Of a stretch of 64,000 bases of DNA, positions 55,503 to 64,000 are shown piece after piece. The notes beneath the pieces are model-generated. The model made no database searches, had not been told where the DNA came from, and was given only the letters and a program-made list of their open reading frames with translations. The stretch comes from Candidatus Omnitrophota bacterium (GTDB lineage Bacteria > Omnitrophota > Gorgyraeia > Zapsychrales > Zapsychraceae). The translations under genes and the position numbers were made by a program. The stretch is from positions 25,778-89,777 of the forward strand of contig JAJDCA010000071.1 of assembly GCA_029261055.1 (NCBI GenBank), read 5' to 3'. How positions within the stretch are numbered: the stretch's first letter is position 1; each line of letters opens with the position of its first letter.

Positions 55503-57824
55503 ATGGCCGCTCAACATATTGAATTTAAAGATTTAGTAAATAATCTTCAGATAGGGGTTATGCGTTGTTCTTCCAGCGCACAGTCAAAGTGTGTGTATGT
55601 TAATGCCGCCTTTCGGGAGATGTTTGGTTTTAATGTTAAAGACATTTCAGGATTACATTTAGCTAGTATTTTTGTGGAGCATCGGAAATATCAATTATTA
55701 AAGAAAACAGTGTCTGAGGAAGGTTGTGTTAAAAATTTTGAAGCACGTTTAAGGGGGAAGGAACAAAAAATTTTATGGTGTTCTGTAGCGGTGGTAACGG
55801 TTAAAGATGTAAAGGGGAAGGTGGAGTTTTTTGATGTGACCCTGGCCGATATAACGGCACGAAAACAGTATGAGCGGGAAATATTAGAGTCGAAAGAATT
55901 ATTCCATACGGTTTTTGATAATACAGCCGCAGCTATTACGGTGACCGATAAGGACGAAAGAATTATCGCATGGAATCCCTTTGCTGAGAAAATGTTGGGG
56001 ATGGATAAAGAAGGTCTTTTTAATAAATCCATTAAAGATTTTTACCCTTCAAAGGAGTGGCGGAGATTGCGTGCTCTAAAGCTTCGTCAAAATGGTTTGC
56101 ATGCTGATGTGGAGACTCAAATTTATAAAAAAGATGGAGGTCTTATTGAGATTAGTCTTTCGATATCAATGTTAAAAAATTTGAATGGTAAGATTATCGG
56201 TGCCATCGGTATTATGCGGGATATCACAAATCAGAAAATAGCTGAACGAAAAATTAAAGAATCAGAAAATAAAATTCGGATTATTTTAGATAATTCTGCT
56301 GCAGCGATGATGTTGAGCGATAGTCAAGAGAGGATCGTTTCCTGGAATAAATTTGCGGAACAACTCCTTGGAATGAAGAAAAAAGATTTATATCTCAAGT
56401 CTGTAAGTTCTTTATATCCTGAAGAGGAATGGCAAAAAATTCGGGATGCCAATATTCGAAAAGTCGGTTCCAGGCATCATTTGCATACAAAAATTATCAA
56501 TAAAAAAGGAAATATTATTGATGTAGACCTTTCGGTGAACGTTTTGAGAGATTCGGAAGGTAAAGTAACAGGGTCCGTCGGTATCATGCAGGATATTACT
56601 GAACAAAAGCGTTTTCAAGAAATGCTTGTTCAGGCCAAATTGTCTGCAGAAGAGGCGAACAGTGCGAAATCATTATTTTTGGCCAATATGTCGCATGAAG
56701 TACGTACGCCGATGAATACTATTATGGGAATGATTGATTTAACGCTGGATACATCTATGAACGAAGAGCAAAAAGATAATCTCGTTGTTGCTAAAGAGGC
56801 TGCCGATAATTTATTGGGTCTTTTGAATGATATTTTAGACCTTTCGCGTGTTGAGGCCGGTAAGATTACGCTTGAGAATATTGAATTCAATTTACATAAT
56901 GTTATTCGCAGTGTCTGTAAGGGGTTATCGGTTATTGCACGTAATAAAAATTTAGAATTAGTGGTGGATATATTGCCTAAAGTGCCTGAAGAAATTTTAG
57001 GAGATCCTGTCCGGTTACGTCAAATTCTTATTAATCTGATTAATAATGCTATTAAATTTACACATAAAGGGAAGGTTACCACGCAGGTTAAAGTGGCCTC
57101 ATCTCTTTCAGAAGATGAAATCGTATTATTATTTTCTGTCATTGATGAGGGGATTGGTATTCCGAAGGATAGGCACGAACAAGTTTTTGAAATATTTACT
57201 CAAGCAGATGATACGACAACACGACGTTTTGGTGGGACAGGTTTGGGGTTAGCTATTTCCAAACGTCTTTCTGAGATGATGGGGGGGCGTATTTGGGTTG
57301 AAAGTGAAGAGGGTAAGGGAAGCACGTTTAGTTTTACGGGAACTTTTAAAATTGTGGAAGTAAATAAAACAGGGAGTACACCTTCCATAGGGGCTGGGGG
57401 AGAGAATTTTGATGTAGATGGTTTTAAAGAAGATTTGAAGGGGCTACGTATTTTATTAGCAGAAGATAATATTGTTAATCAAAAAATTGCTTGTCGGTTG
57501 CTTGAAAAGCAAGGGTGGATTGTTACAGCTGTTGATAATGGTCAGGCTGTTCTCGATCAGATTCATAAGGAGCCGTTTGACGTTGTTCTTATGGATGCGC
57601 ACATGCCAATTCTTGATGGTTTGGAAGCGACGAATCTTATAAGAGAGAATGAAAAGACGACAGGAAATCATATTCCTATTATTGCGTTAACAGCGAGAGC
57701 TATGCAAGAAGATCGAAAAAAATGTATCGATGCCGGCATGGATGGGTATGTTTCTAAACCGATAGACCGTAAAAAATTGTTTGAAGAAATTTGGATTTTA
57801 TTAAAAGATAAAATGAAAAAATAA
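55503..57824 (+). CDS. Cytoplasmic hybrid histidine kinase (3 PAS, HisKA, HATPase, REC)
   Basis: FLANMSHEVRTPMN, NLINNAIKFT, GGTGLGL, ILLAEDN..VLMDAHMP..KP. Confidence 0.95.
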   Translation: MAAQHIEFKDLVNNLQIGVMRCSSSAQSKCVYVNAAFREMFGFNVKDISGLHLASIFVEHRKYQLLKKTVSEEGCVKNFEARLRGKEQKILWCSVAVVTVKDVKGKVEFFDVTLADITARKQYEREILESKELFHTVFDNTAAAITVTDKDERIIAWNPFAEKMLGMDKEGLFNKSIKDFYPSKEWRRLRALKLRQNGLHADVETQIYKKDGGLIEISLSISMLKNLNGKIIGAIGIMRDITNQKIAERKIKESENKIRIILDNSAAAMMLSDSQERIVSWNKFAEQLLGMKKKDLYLKSVSSLYPEEEWQKIRDANIRKVGSRHHLHTKIINKKGNIIDVDLSVNVLRDSEGKVTGSVGIMQDITEQKRFQEMLVQAKLSAEEANSAKSLFLANMSHEVRTPMNTIMGMIDLTLDTSMNEEQKDNLVVAKEAADNLLGLLNDILDLSRVEAGKITLENIEFNLHNVIRSVCKGLSVIARNKNLELVVDILPKVPEEILGDPVRLRQILINLINNAIKFTHKGKVTTQVKVASSLSEDEIVLLFSVIDEGIGIPKDRHEQVFEIFTQADDTTTRRFGGTGLGLAISKRLSEMMGGRIWVESEEGKGSTFSFTGTFKIVEVNKTGSTPSIGAGGENFDVDGFKEDLKGLRILLAEDNIVNQKIACRLLEKQGWIVTAVDNGQAVLDQIHKEPFDVVLMDAHMPILDGLEATNLIRENEKTTGNHIPIIALTARAMQEDRKKCIDAGMDGYVSKPIDRKKLFEEIWILLKDKMKK

Positions 57825-57835
57825 AGAGAGGTTTT

Positions 57836-58324
57836 ATGTCAGGATTTTTAGATAAATTTCGAAAAAAAATAATTACCTCAGTTTTCTCTGGTGAGCCACA
57901 GGCAATCCAAGATGTTAAGGTTGATGATAAAATTGCTTTAGGGGTTTTATTGTGGATTGTGGCTCAGGCGGATAAGAAATTTCTTCCTGAAGAGAAAGGT
58001 GCTATAAAAAATATTCTAAGAAAACATAATCAGCTTTCCGATCAAGATTTGGCGGTGGTTTTAGAATCTATTAAAACAGCGGCAGAAGAGCGGATTGATT
58101 TATATTCTTTTACACATGAAGTTAGTCAGGGGCTTTCACGCGATATGAAAATAGGCATTCTTGAAAACATTTTTCGCGTAGCGTGTGTCGATAATGATCT
58201 GGATCATGAGGAGCATGAGATAATTCGGAAAATTTCCGGTTTGTTTAGGTTGGACCATAAAGAATTTATTGATACAAAAATAAAGATTAAAAAAGAATTT
58301 GGACTGGACACAGCCGGATTATAA
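57836..58324 (+). CDS. TerB-family protein
   Basis: VAQAD....EE, VACVD..L...E...IRKIS.L. Confidence 0.82.
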   Translation: MSGFLDKFRKKIITSVFSGEPQAIQDVKVDDKIALGVLLWIVAQADKKFLPEEKGAIKNILRKHNQLSDQDLAVVLESIKTAAEERIDLYSFTHEVSQGLSRDMKIGILENIFRVACVDNDLDHEEHEIIRKISGLFRLDHKEFIDTKIKIKKEFGLDTAGL

Positions 58325-58339
58325 AAAGGGAGGGGTAGT

Positions 58340-58531
58340 ATGGGGCATATTGGTTGGCCTGAAATTATTATTATTGCATTGTTTGTTATTGTATTATTCG
58401 GTGCAAAAAAATTACCCGAAATAGGAAGCTCTTTAGGCAAAGCTATTCGAGAATTTAGAAACGCTGGTAAAGAGATTCAGGATGAAGTGAAGAGTTCTAT
58501 CGAAGATAAGAATGATGAAAAAAAAGGATAA
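58340..58531 (+). CDS. tatA: Twin-arginine translocase TatA
   Basis: IGWPE..LFGAKKLPEIG.SLGKAIREFR. Confidence 0.96.
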   Translation: MGHIGWPEIIIIALFVIVLFGAKKLPEIGSSLGKAIREFRNAGKEIQDEVKSSIEDKNDEKKG

Positions 58532-59216
58532 TGAACTCGGTTTTGTCGGGCATTTGGATGAATTAAGAGGACGGCTAGTTAAAATTGTAATTGCTGTTAT
58601 TATTGCAGCTTGTATTTTTTATGCTTTCATTGATTCTGTTTTCATCGCTATTATTCAGCCAGTTGGGAAGCTTGTATTTACATCTCCAGCTGATGCCTTT
58701 ATTGCTCGGCTGACATTGACAATTTTTGGAGGCCTATTTTTGGCGCTTCCTGTTACGCTTTATCAGATTTGGCAGTTTGTTGCGGCTGGACTTAGAAAGG
58801 AAGAAAGACGGTATATTATTTTTTTCGCTCCTTTTTCTTTTTTTCTTTTTCTTATGGGTGGTTTATTTGCGTATTACATTACAGTCCCCGTAGCTCTTCG
58901 TTTTCTTTTAAGTTTTTCCTCAGACGTTATCGTCCCGATGATTACGATCAAAAATTATATATCTTTTTTAGGAACGCTTATTTTAGCATTTGGCGTTGTG
59001 TTTGAGCTTCCGTTAGTCCTTATGTTTTTAACAAAAATTGGAATAGCTACGCCTGATTTTTTTGCTAACAAAAGAAGGTATGCGATTGTTTTGATATTGA
59101 TTGTAAGTGCAATCATAACGCCACCGGATGTGATTACGCAACTTATGCTGTCTGGTCCGCTTATTGTTTTGTATGAAATTGGAATAATAGCTTCACGATT
59201 TACTTATAGAAAGTAA
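58512..59216 (+). CDS. tatC: Twin-arginine translocase TatC
   Basis: HLDELRGRL, YQIWQFV..GL..EE, FELP, ITPPD, LYE. Confidence 0.96.
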   Translation: MMKKKDNELGFVGHLDELRGRLVKIVIAVIIAACIFYAFIDSVFIAIIQPVGKLVFTSPADAFIARLTLTIFGGLFLALPVTLYQIWQFVAAGLRKEERRYIIFFAPFSFFLFLMGGLFAYYITVPVALRFLLSFSSDVIVPMITIKNYISFLGTLILAFGVVFELPLVLMFLTKIGIATPDFFANKRRYAIVLILIVSAIITPPDVITQLMLSGPLIVLYEIGIIASRFTYRK

Positions 59217-59226
59217 AGGAGAGAAT

Positions 59227-59439
59227 ATGCAAATGCCCGAAGCAGATGAATTATTAAAAGATCAAAGAGTTGTTGAAGAGGTTAATAAGCATCTTTGGAT
59301 TGAAAGTCAAAAGGCAGGGTATAGCATTGGGATTGAACGTGCAACGGATGAATGGCTTAGGCTTCATGCTGAAGATTGGTTTAAGTATAATCAACCTGAA
59401 AAATTTCAAAAGTTAAACAAGAAAAGAAAGCGAAAATAA
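59227..59439 (+). CDS. Small protein resembling DUF4032
   Basis: EV.KHLWIESQKAGY.IG...A..EW motif, AGGAG RBS. Confidence 0.65.
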   Translation: MQMPEADELLKDQRVVEEVNKHLWIESQKAGYSIGIERATDEWLRLHAEDWFKYNQPEKFQKLNKKRKRK

Positions 59440-59450
59440 TATTTTTTACA

Positions 59451-59495
59451 TAAAATAAAAACCCTCCGAAATTAATCAGAGGGTTTTTATTTTAT
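59451..59495. terminator. Bidirectional intrinsic terminator
   Basis: TAAAATAAAAACCCTC...GAGGGTTTTTATTTTA between convergent genes. Confidence 0.85.
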
Positions 59496-59510
59496 ATCCG
59501 ACGGAAAATC

Positions 59511-59735
59511 TTATCGTCTTTTCTTTGCTGCTTTCTTTTTTGTCGCTTTTTTCTTTACAGCTTTTTTCTTTGTTACCGCTTTTTTTGTTGCTTTTTTCTT
59601 TACGGTTTTTTTCTTTGTCACTGCTTTCTTTACAGCTTTTTTCTTTGTTACAGCCTTTTTCTTTGTTACGGCTTTTTTCTTTGTTACCTTTTTCTTTACG
59701 GCTTTTTTCTTTGTTGCTTTCTTTTTGACTGCCAT
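59511..59735 (-). CDS. Lysine-rich histone H1-like/Hc2-like protein
   Basis: AGGAGG RBS. 74 aa made almost entirely of KKKAV(T)/KKKAT repeats. Confidence 0.85.
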   Translation of the reverse strand: MAVKKKATKKKAVKKKVTKKKAVTKKKAVTKKKAVKKAVTKKKTVKKKATKKAVTKKKAVKKKATKKKAAKKRR

Positions 59736-59964
59736 ATGATTCCTCCTTTGGTTAGGTTTTTTCTAACGTTTATATTTTCATAGTAGCATACTGTTTTGCA
59801 TATGCAAAAATAATCTGAGGTTTTTTGAGAAGAATTTTATTAAATTTTTAAAAAAAGCGTTTTTTGTCGACGAGAAATATGGTAAGTGGTTTAAAGAAAT
59901 AAAATAAAGTAAAGTTTATTTATAAATATAAAGAATAAAAATAATTTTTTAAAAAAATTAAATA

Positions 59965-61074
59965 ATGAGCCTATACATTCACATTCCTTTTTGTAAGCGA
60001 AAATGTTTTTATTGCTCATTTGTCGTCGTGGTTAGTCAAGAACAACGAATAGATTTGTATTTAGAGTGTTTGGCAAAAGAAGCAAAAAAATACAAAGGTT
60101 ATAAAATTAATTCAATTTTTATCGGTGGAGGGACTCCAACTTTATTAAATAATAATCAGTTTAAAAAACTTTTTAAAATCATCTTTGATAATTTTGAAGT
60201 TAGTGATTCTGCGGAATGTACGGTTGAAGCTAATCCCGAAGGGCTTTACTCGTCGAGAATAAGACTATTAAAGAGTTTAGGAGTTACGCGTATTAGCTTA
60301 GGCGTGCAAACTTTTAATAATACGTATTTAAAAGCTCTTGGACGTAATCATGATTGTAAAACAGCAGTAAAAACTTTTCGTAAAATAAAACAAAATGGTT
60401 TTGATAATGTTAGCATTGATCTTATGTATGGATTTCCCGAACAAACTTTTGAAGAATTAAAACAAGACTTAAAGTGTTTTACGCAATTAGGAGCAGAACA
60501 TATATCTATTTATACATTGACTCTAGAAAAGAATAGCCGATTTTATACGAAGAAAATTTCTTTACCGGATAGTCAAGTGTTAGCAGAGCAATATGTTGTG
60601 GTGGCAGAGTTTCTTGAGGCTGCAGGATATAGTCAATATGAGATTAGCAATTTTGCCAAATCAAAAAAAGTTTCAGCGCATAATATTAATTATTGGAGAG
60701 GTGGAGAGTATGTTGGTCTTGGTGTTGCTGCACATTCTTATCTTCGTGGAAGGCGTTCCTGGAATGTTTGTAAATTTAAAGAATACTTAGCAGCGTTTGC
60801 TCAAACTAAAAAGTGTCCTAATGTTTGTAAAGGGTTTGAAGATTTATCGGCGTATGAACAGTTTAAAGATGTGGTGTTATTTGGATTGCGTATGAATAAA
60901 GGTGTTAATTTAAATAAAGAAGAAGATAGATTTGGATGCTCTTTATCTCCGAACCAACAAAAAAAGATAGACACCTTCATTAAGGAAGGTTGGCTTATAT
61001 TGGAGAAGGGGTATTTAAAAACAAGTGCCAGGGGTAGATTAGTTTTGGATGAGTTATGCGCCCAGCTTGTGTGA
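59965..61074 (+). CDS. hemW: Radical SAM heme chaperone HemW (HemN-like)
   Basis: LYIHIPFC..KC.YC.F, GGGTP, YEISNFA, HNINYW. Confidence 0.92.
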   Translation: MSLYIHIPFCKRKCFYCSFVVVVSQEQRIDLYLECLAKEAKKYKGYKINSIFIGGGTPTLLNNNQFKKLFKIIFDNFEVSDSAECTVEANPEGLYSSRIRLLKSLGVTRISLGVQTFNNTYLKALGRNHDCKTAVKTFRKIKQNGFDNVSIDLMYGFPEQTFEELKQDLKCFTQLGAEHISIYTLTLEKNSRFYTKKISLPDSQVLAEQYVVVAEFLEAAGYSQYEISNFAKSKKVSAHNINYWRGGEYVGLGVAAHSYLRGRRSWNVCKFKEYLAAFAQTKKCPNVCKGFEDLSAYEQFKDVVLFGLRMNKGVNLNKEEDRFGCSLSPNQQKKIDTFIKEGWLILEKGYLKTSARGRLVLDELCAQLV

Positions 61075-62148
61075 AATGTTGTTTTGATGGGCTATGCGGT
61101 TGCTGTGATCAAATAATTGGAAGAGGGCTTCTTCGATAATATTTTTGTAAGGGCTGCGCATTTTTAAACTAGCCAAAATTTTTAAAGTTTTCTTCAAGCG
61201 GCTATCTATGTGTTTGAGGCAGTAAGGCAGGCTTCCTGCATCAATAAATATTTTTCGGACCGCTACGAGATCTTTGTATGTTTTTTTAGGCTTGTTAAAA
61301 ATATCCGTAAATTGTTTCTTTTTTGTCCCCTTTAAATGTTCATATGCATGCGCCACGAGTAAAGTTTTTTTGGATTCAGCCAAATCACTTAGGATGGATT
61401 TGCCAATATTCTTTTCGGAATCAAATATGCCGATAATATCATCTTGAATTTGAAATGCCTGCCCGATCATAATGCCTAATTCAGAAAGTTTTTTGATGTC
61501 TTTGTTGTCCGCACCTGCCAGTATGGCCCCCGTGACTAAAGGACAATCAAACGTGTAGCGCGCCGTCTTAAGCGTGTAATTAAGAAAAACATCTTTTTCT
61601 TTTATTTTCTTTAATGGTTCCATGCCATGAATGGTATCAATGAACTCACCCATCGCTGTAAAAGCGGCTGTTTGAACAAAATATTTTAAAGCTCTCTCTT
61701 TGCGCTCCGCAGGCTCCTTAATTGATAGGAAGGCATCAATCGCAAAGGCATACACAATATCTCCGGCAATGATTCCTAGATCACGTCCAAGCTTATCCTG
61801 TGATTTAGTTTTTACAATTTTACCCAGGAGTTTGTGAAGTGTTGGTTTGCCGCGCCGTAAATTGGAACAGTCGATAATATCATCATGGATCAACATAAAA
61901 TTGTGCAGAAGTTCAATGCAAGTTGATGCATTATATAGAGAAGGCGTGGTTCTTTTATTTTTTGGGGAGTATCCTTTGTAGCTGAGGATCAACAAAAGCG
62001 GGCGGATGCGCTTGCCTTTGCGCAAAGAAAATTCTTTGATGCTTTCAAATAGAATAGGACTCACCAAATGGAGTTTATAGTCCTTTTTGACCCGTTCCAT
62101 AAAAGAAGCAAGGCTTGAATCAATTTGTTTCCGAATTTCTTCGATCAT
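61054..62148 (-). CDS. Polyprenyl (geranylgeranyl) diphosphate synthase
   Basis: GKRIRP, LIHDDIID..RRG, KTA.Y, FQIQDDI. Confidence 0.93.
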   Translation of the reverse strand: MIEEIRKQIDSSLASFMERVKKDYKLHLVSPILFESIKEFSLRKGKRIRPLLLILSYKGYSPKNKRTTPSLYNASTCIELLHNFMLIHDDIIDCSNLRRGKPTLHKLLGKIVKTKSQDKLGRDLGIIAGDIVYAFAIDAFLSIKEPAERKERALKYFVQTAAFTAMGEFIDTIHGMEPLKKIKEKDVFLNYTLKTARYTFDCPLVTGAILAGADNKDIKKLSELGIMIGQAFQIQDDIIGIFDSEKNIGKSILSDLAESKKTLLVAHAYEHLKGTKKKQFTDIFNKPKKTYKDLVAVRKIFIDAGSLPYCLKHIDSRLKKTLKILASLKMRSPYKNIIEEALFQLFDHSNRIAHQNNISHKLGA

Positions 62149-62220
62149 AAGGCGATCATGGTAGCATACAACCTGTTTTCATTCAAGGGTTTTGCCTAAG
62201 AAAAATGTGTAATTTCCTCC

Positions 62221-62248
62221 TTGACATGGTTTTCTTTTTTGATATAAT
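62221..62248 (+). promoter_or_regulatory. Consensus sigma70 promoter of the hrcA operon
   Basis: TTGACA (62221), 16 bp, TATAAT (62243). Confidence 0.85.
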
Positions 62249-62255
62249 CCTCAAC

Positions 62256-62282
62256 TTAGCATTCAGGGGTTTAGAGTGCTAA
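62256..62282 (+). promoter_or_regulatory. CIRCE operator
   Basis: TTAGCATTC-N9-GAGTGCTAA, one mismatch to TTAGCACTC-N9-GAGTGCTAA, upstream of hrcA. Confidence 0.95.
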
Positions 62283-62335
62283 ATTTTAATAGGGCAGTAA
62301 CTTATTAACATTAATAAAGATAATAATAAAAGACT

Positions 62336-63073
62336 ATGACACCTCGTTGGACAAATATTCAGGCGCGCAAAGATCGTATTTTAAGTATTACGATTGGTCG
62401 TTATATTGAAACGATCGTACCGGTGAGTTCAAATTGTATTGCAAAAGAATCTCATATGGACTTAAGTTCGGCTACAATTCGTAATGTTTTGGCCGAATTA
62501 GAGCAGGAAGGTTTTTTGACCCATCCGCACACTTCAGCCGGTCGCATACCTACAGAAAAAGGTTATCGTTATTATGTAGATCATTTGATGAATGAGATTC
62601 AACTTTTGGAGGAAGAAAAACAACGTATTAAATATGAATATACCCGGGAAGCTAAAGAATTAGAGGTATTGCTGGATAAAACATCGCGCGTGATTTCGGA
62701 CATGACCCATTATACAAGCATTATTTCCGTTGACGGTTGGGGAAATAAATTATTCTGCCGGGGTACAAATTTTGTTGTGGGATATCCGGATGAACAGGAT
62801 CTGAGTAAAATTAAGACAATTTTATATGCTTTGGAGGAAAAAAAAGGTTTGTTGGAAGTTATTAATCAGGAACTAAAAGAGCGTATTAATATTTTTATCG
62901 GTCAAGAAATTCTTTACGAAGAAGTGGATAGTTGTTCATTGGTGATTTCAAAATATAAATCCAAAAAAGGTCCGAGCGGGCGTATTGCCATTTTAGGGCC
63001 AAAACGTATGAATTATGAAAAGGTTGTCTCAACCATAGATTATTTTTCTCAATTAATGGAGGAGCTTTTGTAG
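62336..63073 (+). CDS. hrcA: Heat-inducible repressor HrcA (short, 245 aa)
   Basis: SSATIRN, PHTSAGRIPTEKGYRYYVD, ILGPKRMNY. Confidence 0.93.
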   Translation: MTPRWTNIQARKDRILSITIGRYIETIVPVSSNCIAKESHMDLSSATIRNVLAELEQEGFLTHPHTSAGRIPTEKGYRYYVDHLMNEIQLLEEEKQRIKYEYTREAKELEVLLDKTSRVISDMTHYTSIISVDGWGNKLFCRGTNFVVGYPDEQDLSKIKTILYALEEKKGLLEVINQELKERINIFIGQEILYEEVDSCSLVISKYKSKKGPSGRIAILGPKRMNYEKVVSTIDYFSQLMEELL

Positions 63074-63095
63074 GAAAGAGGAGAGGTTTTGTAGC

Positions 63096-63692
63096 ATGAT
63101 TAAAAAACAAAAAAATAAAGAACAAGTTGTCACTGAAGAAACGGCAGAGCCTATAGATCCTATTATAGAGAAGGCAGATGCTGTTGTTGAAGATAAGATA
63201 ATAGAAATCAAAGAGTCTGAGTATAAACGTCTTGTGGCTGAGGCGGCAGAATATAAAGATAAACATGTTCGTCTTTATGCGGAGTTTGAAAATACGCGTA
63301 AACGTTTGGAACGTGACAAGCAAGAATTTATCAAATACGCCAATGAAAGTGTTATCGTCGAGTTTTTAGGAGTTTTAGACAATCTGGAGCGTTCTGTTGA
63401 AGCAGCGCAGACAAAGCATGAAGATTATACAGCCTTCTTGAAGGGGGTAGAGATGGTCATGGCCCAGACGTATGATATGTTATCCAAAAATGGAGTGAAA
63501 TCTATTGAGGCTAAGGGAAAAATGTTTGATCCGCATTGTCATGAAATTCTCATGCAAGAAGAAACGGATGAAATAGAAGAAGGAATGGTTATTGAAGAAT
63601 TTCAAAAAGGTTATTATTTGTGGGACCGTATTGTCCGCACAGTAAAAGTTAAAGTAGCTAAAAAGAAAGAAAATCATAAAGAAGGAGATTAG
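63096..63692 (+). CDS. grpE: Nucleotide exchange factor GrpE
   Basis: RLYAEFEN.RKR, LDNLER, FDP..HE, QKGY. Confidence 0.96.
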   Translation: MIKKQKNKEQVVTEETAEPIDPIIEKADAVVEDKIIEIKESEYKRLVAEAAEYKDKHVRLYAEFENTRKRLERDKQEFIKYANESVIVEFLGVLDNLERSVEAAQTKHEDYTAFLKGVEMVMAQTYDMLSKNGVKSIEAKGKMFDPHCHEILMQEETDEIEEGMVIEEFQKGYYLWDRIVRTVKVKVAKKKENHKEGD

Positions 63693-63695
63693 AAA

Positions 63696-64000
63696 ATGGC
63701 AAAAGCAATAGGAATTGATTTAGGAACATCAAACTCAGCAGCGGCGGTTATGGAAGCTGGACGTCCGACAATTATTCCTTCGGCCGAAGGGGCGGGGGTT
63801 GCATCGGGTAAGGCATTTCCATCATTTGTGGCGTTTACGAAAGACGGACAGCGTTTAGTTGGAGAGCCGGCCAAGCGTCAGGCACCAATGAACTCGGAAG
63901 GCACGATTTATGCGGCCAAACGAAAAATGGGCACCAGTGAAAAATTTAAGGCTGGGGGTAAAGAGTTTACACCGCAGCAAATTAGCTCGTTTATTTTACA
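63696..64000 (+). CDS. dnaK: Chaperone DnaK (5' part, runs off the window; not in the ORF track)
   Basis: [63 protein letters not shown]. Confidence 0.96.
   Translation, partial: MAKAIGIDLGTSNSAAAVMEAGRPTIIPSAEGAGVASGKAFPSFVAFTKDGQRLVGEPAKRQAPMNSEGTIYAAKRKMGTSEKFKAGGKEFTPQQISSFIL

Noticed and set aside
59525-59728. Leu/Phe/Ser-rich + strand ORF
   Set aside because: Antisense shadow of the lysine-repeat gene, which has the RBS.
1-64000. tRNA, rRNA, riboswitch, integrase or prophage genes
   Set aside because: None recognised by eye. tRNAscan-SE and Infernal would be needed to exclude small RNAs.

Overview
AT-rich bacterial chromosomal window. It is tentatively Candidatus Omnitrophota/PVC-like, judged from gene content and a recalled protein motif that I have not verified. 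Layout: a type IV pilus/T2SS-like operon (pilB, pilC, four pilins, pilM-pilN fusion, pilO, pilP-like); core genes (uppS-cdsA-dxr-rseP, proS-rimP-nusA-infB-trpS-scpA-ruvB, ychF, greA, mlaEFD, lipA, def, panD, trxA); an accessory stretch at about 39-52.8 kb (DUF4143 ATPase, split ORF pair, decayed toxin-antitoxin, GH26, a cluster of GT-C-like membrane proteins); then rlmB, a hybrid kinase, tatAC, a histone-like gene, hemW and a CIRCE-controlled hrcA-grpE-dnaK operon. The standout is a 280-bp element at 3765-4053. It has 19-bp perfect terminal inverted repeats and a 9-bp target duplication, encodes only a small GIY-YIG nuclease, and sits exactly on the G|FT prepilin cleavage codons of a minor pilin. 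The nuclease reads in frame into the pilin and rebuilds the cleavage site, so host prepilin peptidase could release the nuclease and leave an intact pilin. Six dispersed hairpin repeats carry a related end motif, and several other small palindromic repeat families are present, including one nested insertion.
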